Source: Alphaproteobacteria bacterium (GTDB lineage Bacteria; Pseudomonadota; Alphaproteobacteria; UBA828). From it: a stretch of DNA of 64,000 nucleotides. A program made the position numbers and the translations under genes. Location of the stretch: contig OZ243972.1 in NCBI GenBank assembly GCA_965214705.1, positions 1,536,001 through 1,600,000 of the forward strand, given 5' to 3'. How positions within the stretch are numbered: position 1 is the stretch's first letter; every line of letters starts with the position of its first letter. This document shows positions 18,711-29,000 of this stretch, piece after piece. The notes beneath the pieces were generated by a model. That model made no database searches, was not told the DNA's origin, and was given only the letters and a program-made list of their open reading frames with translations.

Positions 18711-20262
18711 CGGTGTCGCACTGGCACGAGGACCTCGCCGCCCGTGACGAGGCCTTCTCCTGCCTGAAAGAGCTTCTCGAGCCATCATCCCTCGCAACCA
18801 CTGTCACCGTTGCCGTTCGGGAATGGGGCCAGGGGCTGCTGCGATTGGCCGCCGCGCTGGTCCGGGAAAATGCCGCACTCGAGCGGGAGAACGCGGCCCT
18901 GCGCGAGCGCATCGCCGAACTCGAGCGCAGCGCGGCCCTCGACAGCACCACAAGCAGCAAGCCCCCCGCCAGCGACGGGCTCAAGAAGAAAAACGGTGCC
19001 CAGAGGCGCACCCAAAGCCAGCGCGGAAAGTCCGGCAGGCCCAGCGGCGGCCAGCCCGGCCACAAAGGAACCACACTTGCCCAGAGCGACAGCCCGGACC
19101 GTGTCGTCGATCACCACCCTCCCGCCTGCCCGGACTTGTTCCGGGTATCCGGCTGTGGCGCTGAGCTCTCGGACGCCGACCGGCAGGGCGCGCCCGCCTG
19201 TCGGCAGGTCTTCGATGTACCCGAGCCGCAGCCTCTCGAGGTCACCGAACACCGCGCCCATCGCTGCCTCTGCGGCGCATGCGCCACGCTGACACGAGCC
19301 GCCTTCCCGCCGGGCGTCACCGCCCCGGTCCAGTACGGCCCTCGCATCACCGCTTGGGTGAGCTACCTGCTCTACGCCCAGTTCGTGCCAGAGAAGCGTC
19401 TGGCCGAACTCATGAGCGACATCTTCGCGGTATCCATCTCCACTGCCACGATCGCCGCCATGGGCCGGCGCACAGCGCAACGCTTCGAGGGCTTCCTCGA
19501 CCACGTCGCCGATCCGATCCGCACGCAGGCGCCGGTCAAGCACCTCGACGAGACCGGCCTGCGTATCGCCGCCCGTACCCGATGGCTCCACGTGCTGTGC
19601 ACCCCGTTGCTCACCGTCCTGCGCATCGGCGAGGGACGCGGCGATGTCGAAAAGAACCTCCAAGGCATCCTCGTCCACGACGACTTCGCCCCCTACTTCA
19701 CCATCAAGGGCGTCCGCCACGGTGCCTGCAACGCACATCACCTGCGCGAACTCCAGGCCCTGATCGACATCGAGAAGGAGGAATGGGCAACGAGTATGCA
19801 CCGCCTCCTCTTGCGCGCCCGCAGGGTCGCCCACTTCGCCCGTGAGAATGACCGCGACGTGCCCGCCTCCCTGGTCGCCCAAATCTCCCGGGCCTGGGAT
19901 CGAACCCTCAACCGCGCCATCGCCTTCCACGAAGCGCAGCCGCCGCTCCAGACCAAGAAGCGCGGGCGAAAAAGCGCCGAACCGGTCACAATCTCGCGCG
20001 CCGGCTCCAGAAGAACAAGGAGGGGTGCCTGCGCTTCCTCACGGACCCGCGCACCCCGTTCACAAACAACGAGGCCGAGCGAGATCTCCGAATGGCCAAG
20101 CTGCGACAGAAAATATCAGGCTGCTTCCGAACCCTGCAGGGCGCCTACGACTTCGCCATCCTGCGTGCCGTCATAGCCACCGCTCGAAAGCAAGGCTGGA
20201 ACGTCCTCGAAACCCTGGCCCATCCCGACCCGATGCAACTGGTCCCGCAACTGCGCACCTGA
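18707..20262 (+). pseudogene. IS66 transposase, frameshifted at A5 (19969-19973), copy 2
   Basis: SSKPPASD, GGQPGHKG, HLDETG, LVHD, CNAHHLREL. The C-terminus PFTNNEAERDLRMAKLRQKISGCFR is in the -1 frame. Confidence 0.85.
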
Positions 20263-20464
20263 AAATCCGCAGGCGCCAAGCCGGATCGCCACAATCCCTC
20301 ACGTCCCAATGCTCGGCGAAATCAGACCTGGGCAGTTACGCCCAAGTATCGAATCCGGTAGATTCTCCAGCCCATTTGCAGTGGGACCATGTCACTTGTC
20401 CGCCAGCCTCGATATAGTTTCAACTCGCGTCGCCGAAGCTAGTCGTCGTCCGGCTCCCTCACCA

Positions 20465-20923
20465 CTATCTTGGCTCCTCCGTCACTTCCTCCTCGTCAAC
20501 GAAGGCGACGCGCATCCCGAACCCGGAGAAGACCCGGAGCATCGGGCCGAATGCGGCCATGTCCAGCTCCATGTCGTCGATCTGAATGATCGTGCCCTCC
20601 TCCACGTCTCCCTCGATATGGCACCGCAGCACTTGGCCGCGCGCCACCCACTGGTCGCTCCGTTCGCTTTACTCGATCTGCGGAAGACCCGGCGGAATCT
20701 CGGTCCACGTCGGGTCTACGCCCGCCGCGATCTCGGACTGCGCTTCGAGCATGTCGTTGAACAGTACCAGCACGTCCGCGTCGCTCATCTCCGCAAGCGA
20801 TGGACCCACCTGCAGGTTCACGACCCGAACGGACGGGTCGGCGTATTCGATGACGGCGATTTCGCCCTCGCGGGTAATCCGTACCTGATCGGGCGAGGCC
20901 GGCCGCGGTCTCGTCAGTCTCAT
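20465..20923 (-). pseudogene. hypothetical protein split into two frames
   Basis: ORFs 20669-20923 and 20465-20647 read as consecutive parts of one gene. Confidence 0.45.
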
Positions 20924-21045
20924 CCTTCCTCCGCCACAACTCGCCAGTTACCGCGACCGGCGCTAGGCTCCTACACCACGAGGCGGGACTCGATCCGGGC
21001 GGAACCCAATTGTCCCACGACTTCCCGGCGCAACCCGTTGCAGCA

Positions 21046-23364
21046 TTACAGCCATCCCCGATCGCGGAATGCGTCGAGATCCACGCCGGGCGGCGCGTAC
21101 CAGCCATCCGCCCCGTATCGGGCGCCCATGCTGAAGGCCACTTCCTTGTTTCCGTACGGAATCCGAAGCGGCGTCGGCGAACCCGCGCTCGTCCGTGCCG
21201 TGCCGGCCGCTGTTTCGTTCCGGACAGGCTCCGGCCCGGACGTCCGACGCGATCCTGTCGCTTTCGGCCTCTCCGTGTCCGTCCGGACTCCCCCCGCCTT
21301 GCCCGGAATCCCGCCTCGTGACGCGGCGCCGGCCGTCCCGCCGCCCGAATTCCCTCCCGCCTGCTGCCCAGCGTTCCGCCTTGGGGCATGCTCATTGAGG
21401 AACGCCCGGCAGAGCGCCACCGACTTCGTGTATCCGGCCGGCGGCTTGATCCCTTTGCTCCTCGCGATCGAGGCCGCGAACTTCCGCATCTTCGCCGTCG
21501 GCGGCCGATCCCCGCCGCTGCCGGCGGCTTCACCAACGTCCACGACCTCTCCATCCGCGCCGCGCTCCCCGAGCCGGCCGATGATGCGCCGCGCCGAGTC
21601 GCACACGGCGTCGATCGCCCCCGTCATCTCCTGCCGGCCGGTCAGCACGTCGTCGAGCAGGCACTCGAGTTCCGCCGTCACGCCCGGGTCCACCAGCGCG
21701 GGATCGGCACGCTTCAGCACGCCGAACAGCGCGAGGCCCTGGTCGGTCGGCACTATGTTCTTCCCCTGCGCAGTCAGGAACCCCTGCTTCTTCAGGCCCG
21801 AAATGATCTCCGCCCGCGTCGCCGGCGTGCCGATCCCCTTGGCCTCCCGCAGCCGTTCGCGGAGCGCCTCGTCCTCGACGAAGCGCCATGCGTTCTGCAT
21901 CGCCTCGATCAGCGTGCCCTCCCGGTAACGGGGCGGAGGGCGCGTCTCCTTGTCCTCGATCGTGGGATCACGGAGACGCGCGGCATCGCCGTTCCGCAAG
22001 GGCGGCAGCGCCTGCGCCGCCTCGCCCTTCTCCTCGTCGGGCCGCCAGTCCGGAAAGGCGCCGCGCCAGCCGACTTCGATGGGCTGGCGCCCCGTCGCCC
22101 GGAACTCGAATCCCCGCACGTCCATGGTCACCGTGGTCTGGCGGTAGCGGTAGTCCGGCATGACCGAGGCCAGGTAGGACCGCGCGACCGCATCGAACAG
22201 CTTCTTCTCGTCCGCCGAGAGACGGGGCCAGACCTCGCGCAGGTCGCCAATCCTGTTCACGTTGGGGACGATCGCGTGATGGCTCGCGCCCTCCAGCCCC
22301 TTGTCGTGGAAGGCGCCGTTCCGGCCCTTGCGGATCGCCGGCGGCGACGGCACCGGGATATCCGCGTAAGCCCGGCCCGCGCACAGGCCCGCGACAATCT
22401 TCGGCACGTCCGCGGCGGCGCTCTCCGGCAGGTAGCGCACCTCGGCGCGGGGGTAGGTCAGGATCTTCTTGCCCTCCCCGTCGTAGAGCTCCTGCGCCAC
22501 CTCCAGCGCCTTAGACGCGGACCAGCCGAAGCGCGAGCTGCACAGCTTCTGCAGCGAGGGCAGGTCGTGCAGACGCGGCGGACGCTGGCGCTTGTCCTCG
22601 ACGCGCACGCCGAGCGGTCCCTCGAATTCCCGCGCCGCCTCGGCGACCGCCTCAGCCTTCGCGCGCTCGACGATGCGCTCCTTCGGCGCATGCCGCATCC
22701 TGAACTCGCCGCTCTCAGCGTGCGCCGTCGCCACCACCTCGAAATACTCCACCGGCACGAAGTCCCGGATCTCCAGCTCCCGCCGGCAGGCGAGCGCCAG
22801 CGTCGGCGTCTTGACCCGGCCGATCCCGATCACACCCCGCGAGCCTCGGCCCAGCGTCACCGTCGCGGTGCGGGTGAGCGACAGGTTGTAGATCTGATCC
22901 GCCTGCCGGCGTGCCACCGCCGCCTCGTAGAGCCGGGCGTGCTCGCCGTTGGGCCGGGCGCGCCGGAACGCCGCGCGAATGGTCTCCCCGTCCTGCGCCG
23001 TGAACAGCACCCGCAGCACCTCACCCCGGTAGCGGCAGTGTTCCAGGATTTCCTGGCCGATCAGCTGCCCCTCGCGGTCGCAGTCGGTGGCGAGCCACAC
23101 CCGGTCTGCCGTCTTCAGCGCGGCCCGGATCGCCTTCAGCTTCGCCGCCTTGTTACCGCCGGTGGCCGGCTTGGTGCCGTAGAGCCCGTCCGGCTTGAGC
23201 AATGCCGTCGACCAGCGCTTCCAGGCCGGGTTCACGTCCTCGGGCTCGCACAGGTCCAGCAGATGGCCCTCCGCTGCAAGAACTGCGCCGTAGCGCGAGC
23301 CCACGGCGGCCCGCACGTCCTTCGCCTGGCTCGCCTTCTCGGTGATGACGATCTGGCGCGTCAC
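21046..23364 (-). CDS. topB: type IA DNA topoisomerase (TopB/Topo III-like)
   Basis: ITEKASQA, LATDCDREG (Toprim), GRVKTPT, LTYPR (catalytic Tyr), HHAIVP, GIGTPATRAEII. Confidence 0.9.
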   Translation of the reverse strand: MTRQIVITEKASQAKDVRAAVGSRYGAVLAAEGHLLDLCEPEDVNPAWKRWSTALLKPDGLYGTKPATGGNKAAKLKAIRAALKTADRVWLATDCDREGQLIGQEILEHCRYRGEVLRVLFTAQDGETIRAAFRRARPNGEHARLYEAAVARRQADQIYNLSLTRTATVTLGRGSRGVIGIGRVKTPTLALACRRELEIRDFVPVEYFEVVATAHAESGEFRMRHAPKERIVERAKAEAVAEAAREFEGPLGVRVEDKRQRPPRLHDLPSLQKLCSSRFGWSASKALEVAQELYDGEGKKILTYPRAEVRYLPESAAADVPKIVAGLCAGRAYADIPVPSPPAIRKGRNGAFHDKGLEGASHHAIVPNVNRIGDLREVWPRLSADEKKLFDAVARSYLASVMPDYRYRQTTVTMDVRGFEFRATGRQPIEVGWRGAFPDWRPDEEKGEAAQALPPLRNGDAARLRDPTIEDKETRPPPRYREGTLIEAMQNAWRFVEDEALRERLREAKGIGTPATRAEIISGLKKQGFLTAQGKNIVPTDQGLALFGVLKRADPALVDPGVTAELECLLDDVLTGRQEMTGAIDAVCDSARRIIGRLGERGADGEVVDVGEAAGSGGDRPPTAKMRKFAASIARSKGIKPPAGYTKSVALCRAFLNEHAPRRNAGQQAGGNSGGGTAGAASRGGIPGKAGGVRTDTERPKATGSRRTSGPEPVRNETAAGTARTSAGSPTPLRIPYGNKEVAFSMGARYGADGWYAPPGVDLDAFRDRGWL

Positions 23365-25343
23365 GGCGCGCCCTCATGCGAGGCTCCGCCGACACCCTTC
23401 TCTGCCGGCGCGGCCGCGATGGCGGCCAGGAAGGGCACGGCGAACTCCTTCATCTTGGCCGCGCCCACGCCGTTGACCTCGGCGAACTCCGCCTCGGTGC
23501 GCGGCCGGCGGCGCACCATGTCGATCAGCGTCCGGTCCGGGAACACGATGTAGGCCGGTACGCCCCGCTCCCGCGCGATCTCCAGGCGCAAGGCCTTGAG
23601 GGCGCCCAGCAGCACCGTGTCTTCGCCGGCCAGGGCCGGTTCCCCGGCATCGCCGCTGGCCGCGCCTGAGTCCCGGGCCTTCGCGGGCGTGCGCGCGATG
23701 ACGGTGTCCTCGCGGTAGAGGAATTCGCCGTCGCCGCGCAGCAGGCCCAGCCCCTTGTCCGTGATCCCGATCCCGCCGTAGCCCCCGATGTCGATCCGCA
23801 GGAACCCCGTCGCCACCATCTGGCGGATCAGCGAGCGCCACTCGTTCTTGCCGCGCTCCGCGCCCACCCCGAAGGTCGGTATCCGGTCATGGCCGAAGCG
23901 CGCGATCTTGTCCGTCCCCGTCCCCCGCAGGATGTCGATCAGGTGCGCGGCCCCGAAGCGCTGGCCCGACCTATAGGCGGCCCAGAGGGTCTTCCGCGCG
24001 TCCTCGGTCCCGTCGACGCGCTCCGACGGATCGAGGCAGACGTCGCAGTTGCCGCACGGCTCGATCCGCTCCCCGAAATACTCCAGCAGCGCAACCCGCC
24101 GGCAGGCCGGCGCCTCGCAGTAGCCCAGCAGGGCGTCGAGGCGCTTGTGCTCCCGGCGCTTGCGCTCCGGCCCCGCATCCTCGTCCTCGATGAACTGCCG
24201 ACGCATCCTGATGTCCTCGAGGCCGTAGAGCATGTGCGCCTCGGCCGGGGCGCCGTCGCGGCCCGCGCGGCCGATCTCCTGGTAGTAGGCCTCGACGCTG
24301 CCCGGCAGATCGGTGTGGAAGACGTAGCGCACGTCCGCCTTGTCGATCCCCATGCCGAAGGCGATGGTGGCGACGATCACCACGCCCGGCTCGGTCATGA
24401 ATATGTTCTGGTGCGCCTCCCGCTCTTCCTTCTCCATGCCGGCGTGGTAGGGGAGCGCGCGCACCCCGTCCGCCGCCAGCATGGCGGCGGTCTCCTCGGT
24501 CTTGCGGCGCGACAGGCAGTAGACGATGCCGCTCTCGCCCTCGTGACGGGCGATGAAGTTCCCGAGCTGGCGCTTCCAGTCGCGCTTCATCTCCACCGCG
24601 AGCCTGATGTTGGGGCGGTCGAAGCCGAGCACGAACTGCTCGGCCCGACTGCCGAACAGCTTGTCCACGATGTCGTTCCGCGTCACCTCGTCGGCGGTTG
24701 CCGTCAACGCCGCAATCGGGACGCCGGGGAAGAGCTCGCGCAGCCGGCAGAGGTCCTCGTACTCGGGCCGGAAGGCCGGGCCCCACTGCGAGATGCAGTG
24801 GGCCTCGTCGATGGCGAAGAGCCTGACAGGAAGGCGGGCGAGCGCGTCCAACATGCGCTCCGTCATCAGCCGCTCGGGGGCCATGTAGAGAAGCCGTGTC
24901 CGGCCCGCCGCCGCCCGGCGCCAGGCCGCGACGTTGGCGCCCCTGTCGTTCGCGGAGTTGATGCAGTCGGCGGCGACGCCCGCCAGCCGGAGCGCGGACA
25001 CCTGGTCCTGCATCAGGGCGATCAGGGGGGATACCACCACCGTGAGCCCGTCCATGACCAGGGCGGGGATCTGAAAGCAGAGCGACTTGCCCGAGCCGGT
25101 CGGCATCACGGTGAGCGCATGGCGGCCAGCCAGGAGCGTCTCGATCACCCCTTCCTGACCGGGACGGAACTCTTCGAAGCCGAAGACCTCCCGAAGCACC
25201 CTGCCCGCAGCCCCCGGGGCCATCGCTCCGACGCAGGGGTCGTTCTTCCCGTTGCCCGTCTGCGCCGGCGGCGGACCGTTCGACACGCCCGGCGGCGTGC
25301 TCTCCGAGAGCGCCGCCGGGCGCCCATGCGCCCGGTCCATCAA
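23361..25343 (-). CDS. recQ: RecQ DNA helicase with RQC and HRDC domains
   Basis: MPTGSGKSLCFQ, IDEAHCISQWG, ATIAFGMGIDK, YYQEIGRAGRDG, CGNCDVC, VPAYIVFPD. The exact start is uncertain. Confidence 0.95.
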   Translation of the reverse strand: MMDRAHGRPAALSESTPPGVSNGPPPAQTGNGKNDPCVGAMAPGAAGRVLREVFGFEEFRPGQEGVIETLLAGRHALTVMPTGSGKSLCFQIPALVMDGLTVVVSPLIALMQDQVSALRLAGVAADCINSANDRGANVAAWRRAAAGRTRLLYMAPERLMTERMLDALARLPVRLFAIDEAHCISQWGPAFRPEYEDLCRLRELFPGVPIAALTATADEVTRNDIVDKLFGSRAEQFVLGFDRPNIRLAVEMKRDWKRQLGNFIARHEGESGIVYCLSRRKTEETAAMLAADGVRALPYHAGMEKEEREAHQNIFMTEPGVVIVATIAFGMGIDKADVRYVFHTDLPGSVEAYYQEIGRAGRDGAPAEAHMLYGLEDIRMRRQFIEDEDAGPERKRREHKRLDALLGYCEAPACRRVALLEYFGERIEPCGNCDVCLDPSERVDGTEDARKTLWAAYRSGQRFGAAHLIDILRGTGTDKIARFGHDRIPTFGVGAERGKNEWRSLIRQMVATGFLRIDIGGYGGIGITDKGLGLLRGDGEFLYREDTVIARTPAKARDSGAASGDAGEPALAGEDTVLLGALKALRLEIARERGVPAYIVFPDRTLIDMVRRRPRTEAEFAEVNGVGAAKMKEFAVPFLAAIAAAPAEKGVGGASHEGAP

Positions 25344-25650
25344 CCCAGCGTCTCCTCATGTCCGACCGTATGGCGCATGAAGACTCCTTATCACGAATCG
25401 GCGCATCGACGCGATTTCGCGGACCGCGCGGCGTCTCGCCGGCCGGGACTCTTCCACGGGTCCCGAGTGAACCCGTCCCCTCCCTGCAGCAGTGGAGTCC
25501 TGGCCGTATGCAGGCCGCCGCCGCGCACGCTCGGGCCCTATCGTCACAGGCATTGTTGGATCTCCCGGCCGGTCCTCGACGGACAACCGAGAAGCGTTCG
25601 CGATCCGTATCCATCGACCGAGACGCCATCAAGAGGGAGAAGTCCGTTCC

Positions 25651-26442
25651 CTACCCGCCGGTGGCGGTCCCCGTCCTGCCCTTCGCGTCAGGAGTTGCCT
25701 TCCGCGCCGTCTCGCCCGCCGCTGCCTTGCGCCTGATGTGGATCGCGTTCCCTGGCCCCTTGCGAACCTCGAAGCCGCCGGACTTCGTCGCCAGCGTGCT
25801 CAGGTTGGCACAGCCATAGGTGCGCGGATCGAAATCCGGCGCCGCGCCCAGGATGCGGCTGCCCACCGTGCCCAGATGCACCCAGCCGTCTTCGTCGTCA
25901 TCCTCCATCGCCTTGGCGATGACCGGCACCGCCTTCTTCGGCGATTGCTTCTTCCGCCGCGATGCGCCGGCCTCGGCATCTCCCTTTTCCGCCCCCGTCT
26001 CCAGGATGTTCTCGAGGTAGATGAACCGCGAACAGGCATTCCGGAAGGCCTCCGGCGTCTTGCGCTCGCCAAAGCCGTAGACCGCCAGCCCGTGCTCTCG
26101 CAGGCGCTGCGCCAGGCGAGTGAAATCGCTATCCGAGCTGACCAGGCAAAAGCCGTCCAATCGGCCCTTGTGCATCAAGTCCATGGCATCGATCACCAGC
26201 GCGATATCGGCCGCGTTCTTGCCCTTGGTGTTGCTGCGCTGCTGATGCTGCAATATCGCAAGCGACTGGATTGCGGCGTCCCAGCCGGCCAACCGGCTCC
26301 CGGAGAAGTCGCCGTAGATGCGCCGCACGTTGGCCCCGCCGAGCTTGACGATCTCCTCGAAGAGCGCCTGCGCGTAGCGGGCACTGGTGTTGTCGGCGTC
26401 GATCAGCACCGCCAGACTCGGCGCCGCTCCGTCTTCCCGCAT
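25651..26442 (-). CDS. NYN (LabA/DUF88) domain protein with C-terminal OST-HTH
   Basis: LAVLIDADN, GKNAADIALVIDAMD, VSSDSDF, FDPRTYG. Confidence 0.9.
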   Translation of the reverse strand: MREDGAAPSLAVLIDADNTSARYAQALFEEIVKLGGANVRRIYGDFSGSRLAGWDAAIQSLAILQHQQRSNTKGKNAADIALVIDAMDLMHKGRLDGFCLVSSDSDFTRLAQRLREHGLAVYGFGERKTPEAFRNACSRFIYLENILETGAEKGDAEAGASRRKKQSPKKAVPVIAKAMEDDDEDGWVHLGTVGSRILGAAPDFDPRTYGCANLSTLATKSGGFEVRKGPGNAIHIRRKAAAGETARKATPDAKGRTGTATGG

Positions 26443-26591
26443 GTCCCCTCCCCAACGCATTTCCCGGACGGCCAAGCCCAGTCGCGACAGCTTTCCGCTT
26501 CCGCGCCTCGTTATCAATCTCGTACCGACGGTGCCACGCGTCGACACTCCGAACCTGCTTGCAGCCCTTGAACCCACTTCGGTTTGCAGGG

Positions 26592-26760
26592 AAAGGCTTA
26601 TCCCGTTGAGCACGGCTTCTCAATATGTGGGGCACCGGGTCGCCCGCCATTCGGCGGGTAAGTCCTTGAAACAGGGAAAGAACCGGGACCATGACGAATG
26701 ATTTCGCCGACGCGGCCGGTACAGCATCTTGGGAAGCCGGAACCAAAGGGATAAGCCTTT
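26592..26760 (+). mobile_element. 169-bp MITE-like element, copy A
   Basis: 13-bp TIR AAAGGCTTATCCC; flanking 6-bp direct repeat GCAGGG; homologous to 32125-32293. Confidence 0.75.
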
Positions 26761-26936
26761 GCAGGGATTCTGCGGCTTGATCGTCCCGTCGCCGTCCCCC
26801 GGTTTCCTGGCCCGGGCGTGCCCGCGCACCGGGGCCGCGTTGCGAGGAGAAGCACGCCATTCCCGCACGACGCAAGCTCAACGGCCCGAAGCCGGCCGCC
26901 GCACAGAATCTTCGCCTTGCCGCCCTTCCGGAGTTC

Positions 26937-28820
26937 GTGACTCCCGAGTGGCTACGCGAACACCACCACCTGATGAAGGCGGATCTGCGCAAGCTGGCCG
27001 CCGCGATCGGCGAGGACTACACGGACTGGCCGACGGCGGCCGACGGGAGCGACGATGCCGCCTTCTGGCGCGCGGTGCACGAGCTTTCGCAGCGCTGGAC
27101 CTGGTTCCTGTGCCGGTTCGAGGCTCGGATCCTGACGCTGTTCGGCGACGTCAAGGGAACGAAGAAGCAGCTCGCCCCGCGCGTCCTCAAGGACGCCGCG
27201 AAGCGGGCGCAGGCGCTGAACTGCACCACTGGAGACGAACCGGACCTGACCATCCTCGACGACCTCGATGCCTTATGGGAGGCGGGAGAGCACGGGCTGG
27301 TCGCGCAATCGGTGTGGGTCCTCGCCTGCCTCGAGGGGGAGGCTGGCCAGTACATGCTGTCCTCCTGGCTAGCGAAGCCAGAGGTCGAGAGGCTGATCGG
27401 CTCCGCTGTCCGCCGCGCTTCCATCTGCCCGAGCCCCGAGCGCGCCGATCTGGTCGAGAGGCTGATCCACCAAAGCGGCGGGGCGCATCTGGAAGGGCTG
27501 GTTGAGCGCGCGGACAAGGAATGCGAGGCCCTGCGCAAGGACATGGCCGAGAGCTACGGCAGGCTGAGAGACTTCGTCGCCGAGAACGACGACTATCGCC
27601 TGGCGGCGGACGTGCTGTCGTACATGCTTATCGACTTGGGAGTGTCCGACGACGAGCTCGACGAAATGGAGTCGGCGCGCGACCACGCACAGACCCGTTG
27701 CCGCCATGCCGCGCTACGCTCACTGCTCGAAGGAACCGTCGACGCGATGGGGCAGACGAGGTTTGCGGGTGAACAGGACGCGCTGAAAGGGCGGGTTGAA
27801 ACGCTCCTCCGCGACGGCGGCTTGCCGCTCCACTTCCCGGACGCCGAATGGGAGAGTTGCCGCAAGCTGGCAGAGGACTTCCGCAGCGGCATCCTCGAGG
27901 CGGCGCCGCACGAGCTGGCGCTGCGCGAAGCCTCCCGGCGCTACGCCGAGGACCCGAGCGCTGCGAACCGCGACGCTCTCCACGCGGCCGCCTCGGCCGA
28001 CCGCGCCGACGACGCTTCGGCCGAGCCTGCGGCGGCGGCGCTCGACGAAATCGCCGCCTGTCTCGACGGCCTCGTCGCGGGCTTCGGCTCCGTGGCGGAT
28101 CGCAAGGATGCCGCAGAGGACAGCGGCGACGCGGAAGCCGCCGGCGGCGAGGCGCCGGATGCGGAGACCGCGCTCCGAGCCGAGAACGCCGCGCTGAAGG
28201 CGGCCAACCGGGAAGCCGAGGAGCGCATTGCGTCGCTCAAGCAGGCCCTCGGGGACGCCGCAGACGAGAATGACGGCTTGCGCCGGGACAGGCACCGCCT
28301 GCAGCAGAGAATCACCGCCCTCGACGGCGGCGAACCCGCCCCTGGCGACGACGCACCCGCCAATGACGAACCCGTGCCGCCCCTGCAGAGCTACGCGGAC
28401 CTTCCCGCCTGGACGGAACGGCATTTCCCGGGACGCGTGGCGCTCTCCGGACGTGCGCTGAGGTCGCTCAGGAGCGCCGCTTTCGAGGACGTCGCTCTCG
28501 TCGGCAAGGCCATCGAACTGCTGGGCACCACCTACCACGAGATCAAGACGGAGGGAGGCAAGGTTTCGCGCGAGACCTACGAATGCGAACTTCGCGAGTT
28601 GCGCCTCCAGGACGCGCCCGGCCTCAGTCCCACCGCTCAGGGCAGGGCGCGGGACGATTTCTCGATCGAGTGGAACGGCCGCAGCCTGACCCTCGACCGT
28701 CATCTGAAGAACAACGCCAGGACCCGGGACCCCAGGCACTGCTTCCGCCTCTACTTCACCTGGGACGACGACGCCGGCCAGGTCGTGATCGGTCATCTTC
28801 CGGGACACATGAAGATATAG
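26937..28820 (+). CDS. large helical/coiled-coil protein with a C-terminal RelE-like domain
   Basis: A coiled coil followed by DRHLK...CFRLYFTWD...VVIGHLPGH. Confidence 0.65.
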   Translation: MTPEWLREHHHLMKADLRKLAAAIGEDYTDWPTAADGSDDAAFWRAVHELSQRWTWFLCRFEARILTLFGDVKGTKKQLAPRVLKDAAKRAQALNCTTGDEPDLTILDDLDALWEAGEHGLVAQSVWVLACLEGEAGQYMLSSWLAKPEVERLIGSAVRRASICPSPERADLVERLIHQSGGAHLEGLVERADKECEALRKDMAESYGRLRDFVAENDDYRLAADVLSYMLIDLGVSDDELDEMESARDHAQTRCRHAALRSLLEGTVDAMGQTRFAGEQDALKGRVETLLRDGGLPLHFPDAEWESCRKLAEDFRSGILEAAPHELALREASRRYAEDPSAANRDALHAAASADRADDASAEPAAAALDEIAACLDGLVAGFGSVADRKDAAEDSGDAEAAGGEAPDAETALRAENAALKAANREAEERIASLKQALGDAADENDGLRRDRHRLQQRITALDGGEPAPGDDAPANDEPVPPLQSYADLPAWTERHFPGRVALSGRALRSLRSAAFEDVALVGKAIELLGTTYHEIKTEGGKVSRETYECELRELRLQDAPGLSPTAQGRARDDFSIEWNGRSLTLDRHLKNNARTRDPRHCFRLYFTWDDDAGQVVIGHLPGHMKI

Positions 28821-29000
28821 GCCAGGACTTGCTGCGCTCTTCATACCTCTTGGCACGGCGCCGAACGCAGGACGAAAGACCGAAATGAGCCAACCGTTGC
28901 AGGGCGCGGCCAAGGCCCTGCGGAGGTTCCGCACCTGTGGCCCAAGGGAGGCGGCAAGAGGCTTCGCCTGTACCTGGGGGCGCTGACCGAAGAAGAGGGA

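Larger units (their letters stand above)
17905..20339 (+). mobile_element. IS66-family element carrying a DNA methyltransferase, copy 2 (inverted relative to copy 1)
   Basis: Ends GTAACTACCCAGGT / ACCTGGGCAGTTAC; 8-bp TSD GCCCAAGT; ORF translations identical to copy 1. Confidence 0.92.

Noticed and set aside
13935-20339. A single composite transposon formed by the two IS66-MTase copies
   Set aside because: Each copy has its own TSD, so they inserted independently.
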